From assembly GCA_036510655.1 (NCBI GenBank), contig DATCDQ010000008.1, forward strand, positions 5,101 through 69,100: a stretch of 64,000 nucleotides of DNA. The letters are read 5' to 3'. Shown here in pieces: positions 38,093 through 46,678 of the stretch. The stretch comes from Microbacteriaceae bacterium. GTDB lineage: Bacteria > Actinomycetota > Actinomycetes > Actinomycetales > Microbacteriaceae. A model generated the notes under the pieces. It did no database searches and was not told the DNA's origin. It saw nothing but the letters and a program-made list of their open reading frames with translations. Position numbers and translations under genes: made by a program. Position 1 is the stretch's first letter. The number at the start of each line of letters is the position of its first letter.

Positions 38093-38908
38093 GTGAGCAC
38101 AGAATTCGAATTGACTGCATCCGTTTTGGGCGAGTCGCCGCATCCTGATTGGTTGACAGACCGAGCCGCCCATGCGCTCGAGGGCGTCGACGATACGACG
38201 CTCGATGAGATCCGGCTTTTGCGAGACGATTTCGCCCGGTTCATGATGCCGTACAAGTTCGGCATCGACGAGGTCAATACGAAGATCTCGATCCTGCGCG
38301 AAGAGTTCAGCCAGCTGCACGATTACAACCCGATCGAACACGTTTCGAGCCGCTTGAAAACGCCTGAGAGCATCGTCGCGAAGGTGGTTCGCAAGGAGTG
38401 CGACCCCTCATTCGATGCGATCGGTGCAACGATCATGGACATCGCCGGCGTGCGTGTCACCTGCAGTTTCAGTTCGGATGTCTATCGCGTCTTCGAACTG
38501 CTCACCGGCCAAAGCGACATTCGCCTCGTGACCGCCAAGGACTATATCGCTCATCCCAAGCCGAACGGCTACAAGAGCCTGCACGCGATCGTCGAGGTGC
38601 CGGTCTTCCTGTCTGCCGGGCCGAAGCCGGTATTCGTCGAGGTGCAGATCCGCACGGTCGCGATGGACTTCTGGGCCAGCCTCGAGCACAAGATCTACTA
38701 CAAGTACGACAGGGCCGTTCCGCAGGACCTGCTCGACGAACTCAAGGAGGCTGCGGAGACCGCCAGCCGCCTGGACGCGAAAATGGAACGTCTGCACTCC
38801 GAGATCCGCGGTGCTGTCGAGCCGAACGAGCCGCGCCTGGCGCTGGTGCCCGGCGACGACACGCTGCAGCAGTTCCACGAGGCGCGCCAACAATTCAGCG
38901 ACGTGTAG
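38093..38908 (+). CDS. Small alarmone synthetase (RelA/SpoT-domain GTP pyrophosphokinase, RelP/RelQ-like)
   Basis: DIAGVRVTCSF, YKSLHAIVEVPV and VEVQIRTVAMDFWASLEHKIYYKY. The GTG start at 38093 is tentative. Confidence 0.8.
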   Translation: MSTEFELTASVLGESPHPDWLTDRAAHALEGVDDTTLDEIRLLRDDFARFMMPYKFGIDEVNTKISILREEFSQLHDYNPIEHVSSRLKTPESIVAKVVRKECDPSFDAIGATIMDIAGVRVTCSFSSDVYRVFELLTGQSDIRLVTAKDYIAHPKPNGYKSLHAIVEVPVFLSAGPKPVFVEVQIRTVAMDFWASLEHKIYYKYDRAVPQDLLDELKEAAETASRLDAKMERLHSEIRGAVEPNEPRLALVPGDDTLQQFHEARQQFSDV

Positions 38909-38924
38909 CCCTGGCCCGCACGGT

Positions 38925-38958
38925 GGTCGAGTAGCGAGGAACGAGCGTATCGAGACCC
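38925..38958. repeat. Family-A REP-like element (short form)
   Basis: GGTCGAGTAGCGAGGAACGAGCGTATCGAGACCC. Confidence 0.9.
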
Positions 38959-38997
38959 GTTTTCCGCGCACGGCGGGCCAGGGGCGAAAATGGACCT

Positions 38998-39537
38998 ATG
39001 AGCTCCACACGCGCGCACACCGAACAAGTCGTCCTCCTCGCCGAGGACGGCACCCCGATCGGTGTCACGGACAAGGCAACAGTGCACGATGCGAACACTC
39101 CCCTGCACCTGGCCTTTTCCTGCCACGTTTACGACGGCGAAGGCCGCATCCTGGTCACCCAGCGCGCTCTGTCCAAGCGCACCTGGCCGGGCATCTGGAC
39201 GAACTCGTTCTGCGGGCATCCGGCACCGGACGAAGCAAGCGAGGATGCCGTGCAGCGGCGCTCGCGACGCGAGTTGGGCGTCCGCGTTGAGGAGCTGACG
39301 CTCGCGCTGCCCGACTTCCGCTACCGGGCGACGGATGCCAGCGGTGTCGTCGAGAACGAGATCTGCCCTGTCTACACCGCAACCACGACGGATGCGATCG
39401 CCCCCGCCGCAGACGAGGTCGCCGCATGGCGCTGGGTCGACCCGGCCGACTTGCTCACCGCCGTCGCCGCGACCCCGTGGGCGTTCAGCCCGTGGCTCAC
39501 TCTGCAGTTGCCACTGCTGTACGCCGCGGCGGTGTAA
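38998..39537 (+). CDS. idi: Isopentenyl-diphosphate delta-isomerase, type 1
   Basis: LHLAFSCHVYDGEGRILVTQRALSKRTWPGIWTNSFCGHP...ENEICPVY. Confidence 0.9.
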   Translation: MSSTRAHTEQVVLLAEDGTPIGVTDKATVHDANTPLHLAFSCHVYDGEGRILVTQRALSKRTWPGIWTNSFCGHPAPDEASEDAVQRRSRRELGVRVEELTLALPDFRYRATDASGVVENEICPVYTATTTDAIAPAADEVAAWRWVDPADLLTAVAATPWAFSPWLTLQLPLLYAAAV

Positions 39538-39566
39538 GGCGGCCCACTCGAGCGGGCACAGCGGGA

Positions 39567-40091
39567 TTACGCGATGCGCGTTCCGTCGACGTGGCCGACA
39601 TGCAACCAGGTGGCGGCGTCGTCGCTGGATACCCAGCCGTCCCAGGTGTAGCTCTCGCGGGTGATCTCGCTGAAGTTCCAGCGGATCAGTCGTCCGTCGT
39701 TTTGCGTGCCGTCCTGCCGGATGCCTTTGTGCCAGCCGATCGCCACAAGGTTCGCATACTGGTTCGCGGCCGGGCTGAAGAAGCTGACCCGTACGACCCC
39801 GGCGACCGGGTCGTACACGCGCAGCGCTGTCGCGACCGTCTCGGAAACTGACGGGTCTTCTGCACTCGGCACGACCTCGACATCCTGAACGGCGCGCCCG
39901 CCGAGCACGAATGACACGACCCAGGTGAACGAACGCTCCGCCCACTGGCCGGTGGCTTCGTCGAGGCTGCGGCCGCGGGCATCCCAGGTGCCGATGAGCT
40001 TGCCGAAACGGCGCATCCGCGCGGGATATTTGGTGGTCGGCCCATCCGTGATCAGGGCGCGAGCGAAGTCGCTTGGCGGGTTGTCGGTCAC
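39567..40091 (-). CDS. Hypothetical protein
   Basis: Good coding signal (RRFGKLIGTWDARGRSLDEATGQWAERSFTWVVSFVLGGRAVQD). The GTG at 40091 avoids overlap with dcd; ATG 40136 is an alternative start. Confidence 0.5.
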   Translation of the reverse strand: MTDNPPSDFARALITDGPTTKYPARMRRFGKLIGTWDARGRSLDEATGQWAERSFTWVVSFVLGGRAVQDVEVVPSAEDPSVSETVATALRVYDPVAGVVRVSFFSPAANQYANLVAIGWHKGIRQDGTQNDGRLIRWNFSEITRESYTWDGWVSSDDAATWLHVGHVDGTRIA

Positions 40092-40098
40092 GCGCGTC

Positions 40099-40704
40099 TC
40101 ACCGGCCCGCTTTTCCGGCTTCGGATGCGCCGACATCCGTCCTGTGGAAGTTCTGGAACGACCTCGAGGCGGTCGGCCCACGCTGTCCTTGGTAGCGCGA
40201 ACTGTACGGGCCGGACCCATATGGATGCTCCGCGGCCGACGACAGCCGGAAAAAGCACATCTGCCCGATCTTCATTCCCGGCCAGAGCTTGATCGGAAGC
40301 GTCGCGACGTTGCTGAGCTCGAGCGTGACGTGCCCCGTGAAGCCGGGGTCGATGAATCCGGCCGTCGAATGGGTGAGCAGGCCGAGCCGGCCGAGCGAGC
40401 TCTTGCCCTCCAGGCGCGCGGCCACATCGTCGGGCAGCGACACCTGCTCGTAGGTGGACCCGAGCACGAATTCTCCGGGATGCAGGATGAACGCCTGGTC
40501 GGTGTCGACCTCGACCAGGTGGGTGAGTTCTGGCTGATCTTCCGCCGGGTCGATGAAGGGATACTTGTGATTGTCGAACAGCCGGAAGTAGCGGTCGATG
40601 CGCACGTCGATGCTGGATGGCTGCAGCATGTCGGGGTCATACGGATGCAGCGCAATCCGCCCGGCGTTCAACTCGGCCTTGATATCACGATCAGACAGCA
40701 GCAC
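40099..40704 (-). CDS. dcd: dCTP deaminase (possibly the bifunctional dCTP deaminase/dUTPase type)
   Basis: MLLSDRDIK...[10 protein letters not shown]...[21 protein letters not shown]. Confidence 0.92.
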   Translation of the reverse strand: MLLSDRDIKAELNAGRIALHPYDPDMLQPSSIDVRIDRYFRLFDNHKYPFIDPAEDQPELTHLVEVDTDQAFILHPGEFVLGSTYEQVSLPDDVAARLEGKSSLGRLGLLTHSTAGFIDPGFTGHVTLELSNVATLPIKLWPGMKIGQMCFFRLSSAAEHPYGSGPYSSRYQGQRGPTASRSFQNFHRTDVGASEAGKAGR

Positions 40705-40831
40705 ACGGCCAGACTATCGGAACGGATGTTGCGGGCGGATTTCGGATGCGAGCGCCGTGCGGATGCCGGCGCCTTGCGGATGCGTCGCGTTGCGGATGCG
40801 CATGCCTTGCTTCGCGCTCTAGCCTGTCAGC

Positions 40832-41464
40832 ATGCAGACAACACGCGGCCTCGATCGACTGGTGTTCTTCACGGACGCGGTGACCGCCATCGCGATCACA
40901 CTACTCATTCTTCCGCTCGTCACCTCGGTAACCGAGGCTGCGGCCGCCGGGCACACAGCCGCGCAGTTTCTCGGCGACAATGTCGACCAGTTGGCAGCGT
41001 TTGCCCTGAGCTTCGCCGTGATCGCGCGCTTCTGGGTATCGCATCACGCGATGTTCGAGCACATCACGTCATACAACGGGCAGCTGCTTCTGCTCAGTCT
41101 GATCTGGGCGTTCACCATCGTTGTGCTGCCGCTGCCAACGGAAATGATCTCGCAATTCAAGACGACGCCGGCAACCATCGGCATCTACATCGGCACGTTG
41201 ACCGTGAGCAGTCTAACGCTGACGGTGATGGCGCTACTGATCCGCAAGCATCCGGTGCTTGAGGACCCGAACAATCCCCTGAAAGGCAATAGAGCGTTCG
41301 CCAGCATCAGCACAACGATCCTGTTTGCTATCGCACTCGTGATCGGCGTGCTCGTGCCGCCGATCAACTTCTTCGCACTGCTCATCGTCTTCCTGTCGAT
41401 TCCGGCGCAGGCGATCTACGACCGCCGCGCTGCCGCGCGTGCCCCCATCCGGACCATCCGCTGA
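40832..41464 (+). CDS. TMEM175-family (DUF1211) potassium channel
   Basis: RLVFFTDAVTAIAITLLILPL signature on helix 1 and 6 predicted TM helices. Confidence 0.75.
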   Translation: MQTTRGLDRLVFFTDAVTAIAITLLILPLVTSVTEAAAAGHTAAQFLGDNVDQLAAFALSFAVIARFWVSHHAMFEHITSYNGQLLLLSLIWAFTIVVLPLPTEMISQFKTTPATIGIYIGTLTVSSLTLTVMALLIRKHPVLEDPNNPLKGNRAFASISTTILFAIALVIGVLVPPINFFALLIVFLSIPAQAIYDRRAAARAPIRTIR

Positions 41465-41641
41465 CTTGCCCCAAATGACCCTTCCCGAGGCAACTCACCG
41501 ATTGTGCGGCGTTCGCGCGAGCGCAGCGAGCAAGCCGACCGGGACCCCGTCGAATTGGACATATGCCTGTCCGTCAAACCAGACACTTGTCCGATTGGGC
41601 TGTCACTTGTATGACTGATCGGACAGGAGGGACGGTGTCGG

Positions 41642-42306
41642 ATGGACCTTGGGTCGCCGTCTGCAACGCTTGCAGGGCGAATGGATGCCGCTATCCTGAG
41701 CGTTCTCGCGCGAGCCGACAGCGAATTCGCCGGTCGGCAGATTCACCGGCTCGCAAACTTCGGAAGCTCCTCAGGGGTGAACTCCGCTCTGAATCGGCTC
41801 GTTGAGACGCGCCTCGTCCACTCGACAATTCGACCGTGCGCCATCCTGTACCGCGCTAGCCGGGACCGTGTTCTGTGGCCCGTTGTCGAAGCAGGATTGA
41901 GCGCCGGCGTCGAGTTGCGGAATCGAATTCGGTCGTTCGCCGAGACTTCGTCTCCTCCGGGGGCAACAGTCGCTATCTACGGCTCGGTCGCCCATGGAGG
42001 CGCAAATTCCCAATCGGACATGGACATCGTCATTGTCACCCCGACAATGTTCCTCCAGAGGTATCCGAAGAATTCTCCTATCTGCTTGCCAACAACACGG
42101 AGACGTGGTCCGGCAACATGGCAGATCGCCGGAGCGTGAGGCCACCCGAATGCTGCTATCCGCGGGATTTTGCACTAGTCCGACGCTCAATGGTGACTGC
42201 GAAAGGCACCCCGTCGTGCCTCTTTCCAAGGCGCAGCCCGTGGCAGCGGATCCATGACCGCGGTGCTGCCGGGCGCTGCGTCACCCACAGCGCCGCCCAG
42301 CGGTAG
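41642..42306 (+). pseudogene. wHTH-nucleotidyltransferase (MNT-like) gene, apparently frameshifted
   Basis: Frame A encodes the wHTH and the NTase motif IYGSVAHGGANSQSDMDIVIVTP, then degenerates. The expected continuation DNVPPEVSEEFSYLLANNTETWSGN is in the -1 (= +2) frame (open to 42306). By eye the region has lower GC than its surroundings. Confidence 0.5.
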
Positions 42307-42444
42307 CGCCACCCCCAAAACAGGTGGTTCGCACCAAAGCAGGCGGAAGCCGCCTGTTCTCATGTGAACGCGGCGAATGTGCCTGCATCGTGACACGGGG
42401 AACAGCAGCGGTACCATTCTTATGCCAAATAGGTACTATCAAGT

Positions 42445-42729
42445 ATGGCAACCAATCTCCGACTCCGCCCTGACGTCGCAGCGGCGGTCAAGGCCGAGGC
42501 CGCGCGCACCGGCCGGTCGCAGCAGGACGTCATGCGCGACGCGATCGAGGCCTACCTCACAGCGGATGCAACATCGCCCGGGTCAGCGCCGGTGCCGGAT
42601 GAGGTCGCCGGTCTCGCAAATCTTGGCCTCATTCCGCCGCGAGCCGCATGGCGGCGGGCGGCGACCCGCATCCGCCTTGCACCCGGCGTCTCGTCATCCG
42701 ACCTCCTCGACCGCAAGGATCGGATCTGA
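42445..42729 (+). CDS. Ribbon-helix-helix (CopG-like) antitoxin VapB
   Basis: MATNLRLRPDVAAAVKAEAARTGRSQQDVMRDAIEAYL. Lies immediately upstream of a PIN toxin. Confidence 0.8.
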   Translation: MATNLRLRPDVAAAVKAEAARTGRSQQDVMRDAIEAYLTADATSPGSAPVPDEVAGLANLGLIPPRAAWRRAATRIRLAPGVSSSDLLDRKDRI

Positions 42730-43155
42730 GTGCGCATCTATGTCGGCAGCAGTGCGCTGATCAAACGCGTTGTCGCCGAGCCGGAATCTGATGTGCTCGT
42801 CAGCTACCTTGAGCAATGCGTAGGGGACGGGAACGTCCTCGTCAGTTCTTCGCTTGCGTGGGTCGAAGTGACGCGCGCGCTGCGCACGCGGCTGGACCAC
42901 GAACATCCGTCGACGATCACAGAACTGGCGGATGTCGCGTTGTCCGGCATCTCCGAATTCTCACTGGATGCTCGCGTTGTCGCGCTTGCCCGCCGCATCG
43001 GGCCGCCGATCCTTCGAACTTTGGATGCGCTTCATCTCGCGAGCGCGACCCTGCTCGACGCAGATGTCATGGTCGTGTACAATCAGCGTCTCGCTGCCGC
43101 TGCCGACGAACTCGGCATCCGAACGATTGCGCCGGGGGCTTCGCCGGTCGAGTAA
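42730..43155 (+). CDS. vapC: Type II toxin VapC (PIN domain)
   Basis: IYVGSSALIKRVVAE...LRTLDALHLASA...VVYNQRL. The final GTC GAG TAA lies in a REP element. Confidence 0.8.
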   Translation: MRIYVGSSALIKRVVAEPESDVLVSYLEQCVGDGNVLVSSSLAWVEVTRALRTRLDHEHPSTITELADVALSGISEFSLDARVVALARRIGPPILRTLDALHLASATLLDADVMVVYNQRLAAAADELGIRTIAPGASPVE

Positions 43156-43189
43156 CCCGCGAGCGCAGCGAGCGAGCGTATCGAGACCC
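43146..43189. repeat. Family-A REP-like element
   Basis: GGTCGAGTAACCCGCGAGCGCAGCGAGCGAGCGTATCGAGACCC. Confidence 0.9.
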
Positions 43190-43202
43190 CGTTCGCCGGT
43201 TG

Positions 43203-43720
43203 TCAGCGTTCCGCAGCGAGGATGCGGTCGCAGAGCTCCATCGTGTGCACGTTGTCGCGGCCACTGTTCGTCGCCTCCGAGACGGCCACCGCCGGATCGG
43301 CGAAGGCGCGCAGTCCCTCGACGAATCCGCGCAGATGCAGGTCGCGCTCAAGAACGACGGCAGACCCGTCAGGTTGAGCGTGCCGATCACGCCAGAGGCG
43401 AAGCGCAGGCTGACCGCCAGCGCCACCAGGTTCCCGACCGAATTGTTCCGGGTGTGCACGTCGGCCACCTCGCCGAACAGCTACCGCAAGAGATCGACGA
43501 CGTGAATTGCCGCCAGCTTCAGGTAGTCGTCCTCGTTGGCGCAGAATGTGGTGCTGCCGCATCCGAAGCCCAGTCGGAACGAGTGGATCGGCCCGAGCGG
43601 CTTCTCGACGAAGACATTCTTGCCGGCGGCGATCGCTTGGCGGACGAGCCGGGCCTGGTCATCCGGCTGGGCAACAATCACGACATTGCCTTCAGGCAGC
43701 GCGATGCCGTGCCTTAGGAT
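43203..43720 (-). pseudogene. Gfo/Idh/MocA oxidoreductase remnant (truncated and frameshifted)
   Basis: Fragments in three frames: IVAQPDDQARLVRQAIAAGKNVFVEKPL (43481-43681), VGNLVALAVSLRFASGVIGTLNL, and a C-terminal piece ending at 43203. The Rossmann N-terminus is absent next to the tRNA. Confidence 0.6.
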
Positions 43721-43752
43721 AGTTGTCGATCGTCGGCGCGTCCGTCGAGCAT

Positions 43753-43823
43753 GCGGATGTAGTTCAATGGCAGAACTTCAGCTTCCCAAGCTGATAGCGC
43801 GGGTTCGATTCCCGTCATCCGCT
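43753..43823 (+). tRNA. tRNA-Gly (anticodon CCC)
   Basis: Hand-folded cloverleaf: acceptor GCGGATG/CATCCGC, D arm GTTC-AATGGCA-GAAC, anticodon arm TCAGC-TTCCCAA-GCTGA, T arm GCGGG-TTCGATT-CCCGT, discriminator T. Confidence 0.9.
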
Positions 43824-44009
43824 CTACCAGTAAAGTCCCGGTCAGAGCCTCTTTTTGAAGGAGATTCTGGCCGGGACTTCTTCACGTAGACAGGCCGTTC
43901 GTGCCCTTCGCGTGCCCAAAGGTACAAACTTTGATACAGAAAACGGCCTTCCAGACACCACTAGGTACCTAGTGGTACATTCGAGAGTAACCAACCAAAG
44001 GGGGCACCC

Positions 44010-44213
44010 ATGGCCATGAATCTGCGCCTCGACACAGCGCACGAAGAATTGCTGAATGCTCTCGCTGCACAGGAGCGTCGGACGAAGACTGAGATCGTCA
44101 AGATCGCAATCGAAGAGCGTGCCGCCAAGGCCGACAAGAGCACCCGCACCAGAGCGATCTTCGAGCGCATCATGCAGGAAGACGCTGAACTGCTCGACGC
44201 TCTCTCCAAGTGA
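44010..44213 (+). CDS. Orphan ribbon-helix-helix protein (antitoxin-like)
   Basis: MAMNLRLDTAHEELLNALAAQERRTKTEIVKIAIEERA. AAGGGGG RBS. A 20-bp perfect palindrome lies upstream. Confidence 0.7.
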   Translation: MAMNLRLDTAHEELLNALAAQERRTKTEIVKIAIEERAAKADKSTRTRAIFERIMQEDAELLDALSK

Positions 44214-44241
44214 CGGAGCATCTGGAGCCCTCCGACGTCAC

Positions 44242-44890
44242 TCAGACTCCCGGCGCACCCTTCTTCATGGCTGCGCTCATGCCGTCTGCGATGATGCGTC
44301 CACGCTCTTCGGCAGCGTGCTGATACTTCATCGCTGCTGATGATGTGGAGTGCCCCGCGCGTGACATCAATTCTCGAATCGTCGCTCCGGACTGAGCGGC
44401 CAGCGTGTGTCCGCGTCCGCTGTGGCGGAGGTCGTGGAAGTGGTATTGGGGGAGCTGCACTGCGGTCCGGGCCTTCTTGAAGGCGTGTTGGAGCTGCGCC
44501 CTGGTGAGAGCCTTCCCATCAGCCCGGATGAATAGCGGAGCGGACGGCAACGCCTTCGGCACCGTCGCGAGGTACTCGATCATCGTCTCGACAGTGACCA
44601 GGCGGCGTAGCCTCCTGGTAGCGCGGCCCAGATAGCAGCGCATCTTGACTACATCTGTGTGAAATAGTCAGACGGCTGGTTGCTTTCGAGCGGAATCGTT
44701 CCTCGCGTCTTCCGGCCCGTTCGCGAGGAAGCTGCCCTTAAGGGGCAATTCTTCACGATCTGATCGGGAGCGCGGAGGCGAGCCGAATGCGCCCATGTGG
44801 TCGGTTTGGGGGCCCGCAGACGGCCCAGAACGACCACATGGCCGCACTCGGCGTGCTCTTGCGGGTCGTCGCGAGAGAATCGACCGGTCG
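44242..44890 (-). mobile_element. Tyrosine recombinase (phage-type integrase) remnant
   Basis: The 44242-44643 ORF holds only the C-terminal catalytic part (HFHDLRHSG...GHSTSSAAMKYQH). A possible upstream piece (KTRGTIPLES) is in another frame. The N-terminal domain is missing. Confidence 0.7.
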
Positions 44891-44897
44891 CTCGCCA

Positions 44898-45356
44898 CTA
44901 CGCGGCGGCTGACAAGCGCTCGCGGGTCGCTTGCGGGTCGATCGGCAGTGCGGCCAGCAGCGCGGCCGCCGGGTCGGGCTCGCGCCGGTCGAGCAGGGCG
45001 AGCATCATGTGCCGAGTCGTGATCGTTCGGGCCTTCTCCGCCGTCGCAGTGAGGATGGTCTGATGCAGCACAGCCTTGACCCCCGCGGTCAGCGGCACTC
45101 GCGTGCCGAGGGCGGCGTGCGCGGTCGGTGCGGGGTCGGCTTCCAGTCCGATTGCGGCGAGCGCTGAGCGATCGAGCTGGTCGGCCGTGTCATGCGCGGT
45201 CTCGGCATCGACACCGACAATTCCCGCTAGCTCGTCATCCCGCAGCAGTGCGATCAGCAAGTGCTCGGTGCCGATCCTTCGATCGCCCCGGCGCCCCGCT
45301 TCGTAGCGGGCGTCGTCGATGGCGATCCGTGCGGGTCGCGCAAATCTCTCAAACAT
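44898..45356 (-). CDS. Clp_N (ClpA/B N-terminal repeat) domain protein
   Basis: MFERFARPARIAIDDARYEAGRRGDRRIGTEHLLIALL, followed by a second repeat ITTRHMMLALL. Confidence 0.75.
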   Translation of the reverse strand: MFERFARPARIAIDDARYEAGRRGDRRIGTEHLLIALLRDDELAGIVGVDAETAHDTADQLDRSALAAIGLEADPAPTAHAALGTRVPLTAGVKAVLHQTILTATAEKARTITTRHMMLALLDRREPDPAAALLAALPIDPQATRERLSAAA

Positions 45357-45597
45357 CGCTGCTCTCCCTCTCACCTTTCTTCTGGCTGTCTCCGCGCTTG
45401 CCATACTTCGCGTGCACCGACTGGCGTGTGACACCGAGTGCGTCGCCAATCTGTTCCCACGACCATCCCGCGCGCCGCGCCTCGGCGACATGCGTCGCCT
45501 CGACGCGCTCAGCGAGCCGATGCAGCGCGCCGACGGCGCGCAAACCTATCATCGGATCGGTCGTGCGCAACTGCTGTGCGAACTCCGGTGGTTCCAT
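45349..45597 (-). CDS. Small HTH DNA-binding protein
   Basis: AGWSWEQIGDALGVTRQSVHAKYGK HTH. 8-nt overlap with the Clp_N gene. Confidence 0.65.
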   Translation of the reverse strand: MEPPEFAQQLRTTDPMIGLRAVGALHRLAERVEATHVAEARRAGWSWEQIGDALGVTRQSVHAKYGKRGDSQKKGERESSDV

Positions 45598-45985
45598 ACT
45601 GTCAGTCTGACTTGACACTGTAGTTTTGTCAACTCAGGCTGACGTGATGATCGATTACCCTCAACCCGAAAGCTTCCCCGCGGATGTCGATGTCGCGATC
45701 GCCGGCGACGCCGGCCGCTACTTTCGCCCGCGGCTCATTCAGTGTGCGCGAAATGCTGGAATGAATCGCCAATCGGACATTCTGCGCACATTGAACGCCT
45801 GGGTGCCCGGCGCCAAGCGGGCGGAATGCATGAATTGGGCGGGAGTGCATGAATTGGGCGTGAATCGGAATTAACCTGAGCAGAGTGGCCGCGAAGTACG
45901 TAACTAATGCGGGTACTCGCGAGAGCATCGGCCGGTCGCTCGCCGCTGCGCCCCTGACTGAGCGGATTCCCGCCCGACCGGCGGT

Positions 45986-46678
45986 CTAGGCTCCCCTCGA
46001 TACGCGCCTCAACGGCGCGTTCAGCAGCGGAACGATGACCTCGTCAACCAACTCCACGACGTCGAAGCCATCGAGCTCACGGAACAGAAAGTGGTTCCGC
46101 AGGATCGATGGCCCTGCCTCGAGTCGACGCCGCGTGACATGCGTACCGTCGAGCTCACCGCGCGCGACGGCACGCATCACGATCGTGCGCAGACTCTCCA
46201 CGGCGCCGTCGCGCGAGTAGTCCCGCACGCGGCGGGCCTGGTCAGCGTCGATGAGCGCCTCCCCGTGCAGGGCACGCAGCGCGTCGCCGAGCGCCCCAGA
46301 CAGCGGCACCATCGCCGTCGTCAGCATCTCGATCAGGTCGCCGCGGAGCGTGCCCGTCTCGGGAACGAGTTGCTCGGTCGGCAACGCATCGTAGACGGCA
46401 TCCATCACCAATTCGGTGCGCGTCGGCCAGCGCCGATACAAGGATGCCTTACCCGTGTGTGCCCGCTTGGCTACCGTTTCCATTGTCAGCGCAGCGTAGC
46501 CGTGACGCGTCAGCTCGGTCAGCGTCGCCTCATAGATGGCGGCGGTGAGGGCGGCCCCGCGCCGCCGAGTCCGCGCGCGATGGTCGCCGGTGGTCGGCGC
46601 CGTTGCGGCCACGGTTGCGGCCACCGCCCCGGCTGCCCCCGTCGCAGTTGCCCCTGCCGCCGCTACCACCGCCGTCAT
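45986..46678 (-). CDS. TetR family transcriptional regulator
   Basis: IYEATLTELTRHGYAALTMETVAKRAHTGKASLYRRWPTRTELV. ATGA overlap with the upstream gene. Confidence 0.85.
   Translation of the reverse strand: MTAVVAAAGATATGAAGAVAATVAATAPTTGDHRARTRRRGAALTAAIYEATLTELTRHGYAALTMETVAKRAHTGKASLYRRWPTRTELVMDAVYDALPTEQLVPETGTLRGDLIEMLTTAMVPLSGALGDALRALHGEALIDADQARRVRDYSRDGAVESLRTIVMRAVARGELDGTHVTRRRLEAGPSILRNHFLFRELDGFDVVELVDEVIVPLLNAPLRRVSRGA

Noticed and set aside
45626-45874. An 82-aa ORF (MIDYPQPESFPADVDV...RLIQCARNAGMNRQSDILRTLNAW...) divergent from the HTH gene. It contains a tandem GCATGAATTGGGCG duplication near its 3' end.
   Set aside because: Moderate GC3 and a faint XRE-HTH-like stretch are present, but there is no recognisable family, no clear RBS and an internal duplication near the end. 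It is possibly a gene remnant and is left uncalled.
45955-45975. A possible attR for the tRNA-Gly island (GGATTCCCGCC versus CGATTCCCGTC in the tRNA 3' end). Also CCGTCATCCGC at 50753-50763.
   Set aside because: The matches are only 8-11 nt, in a genome where CATCCGC-like strings are very frequent. Neither extends into the acceptor stem or flank.
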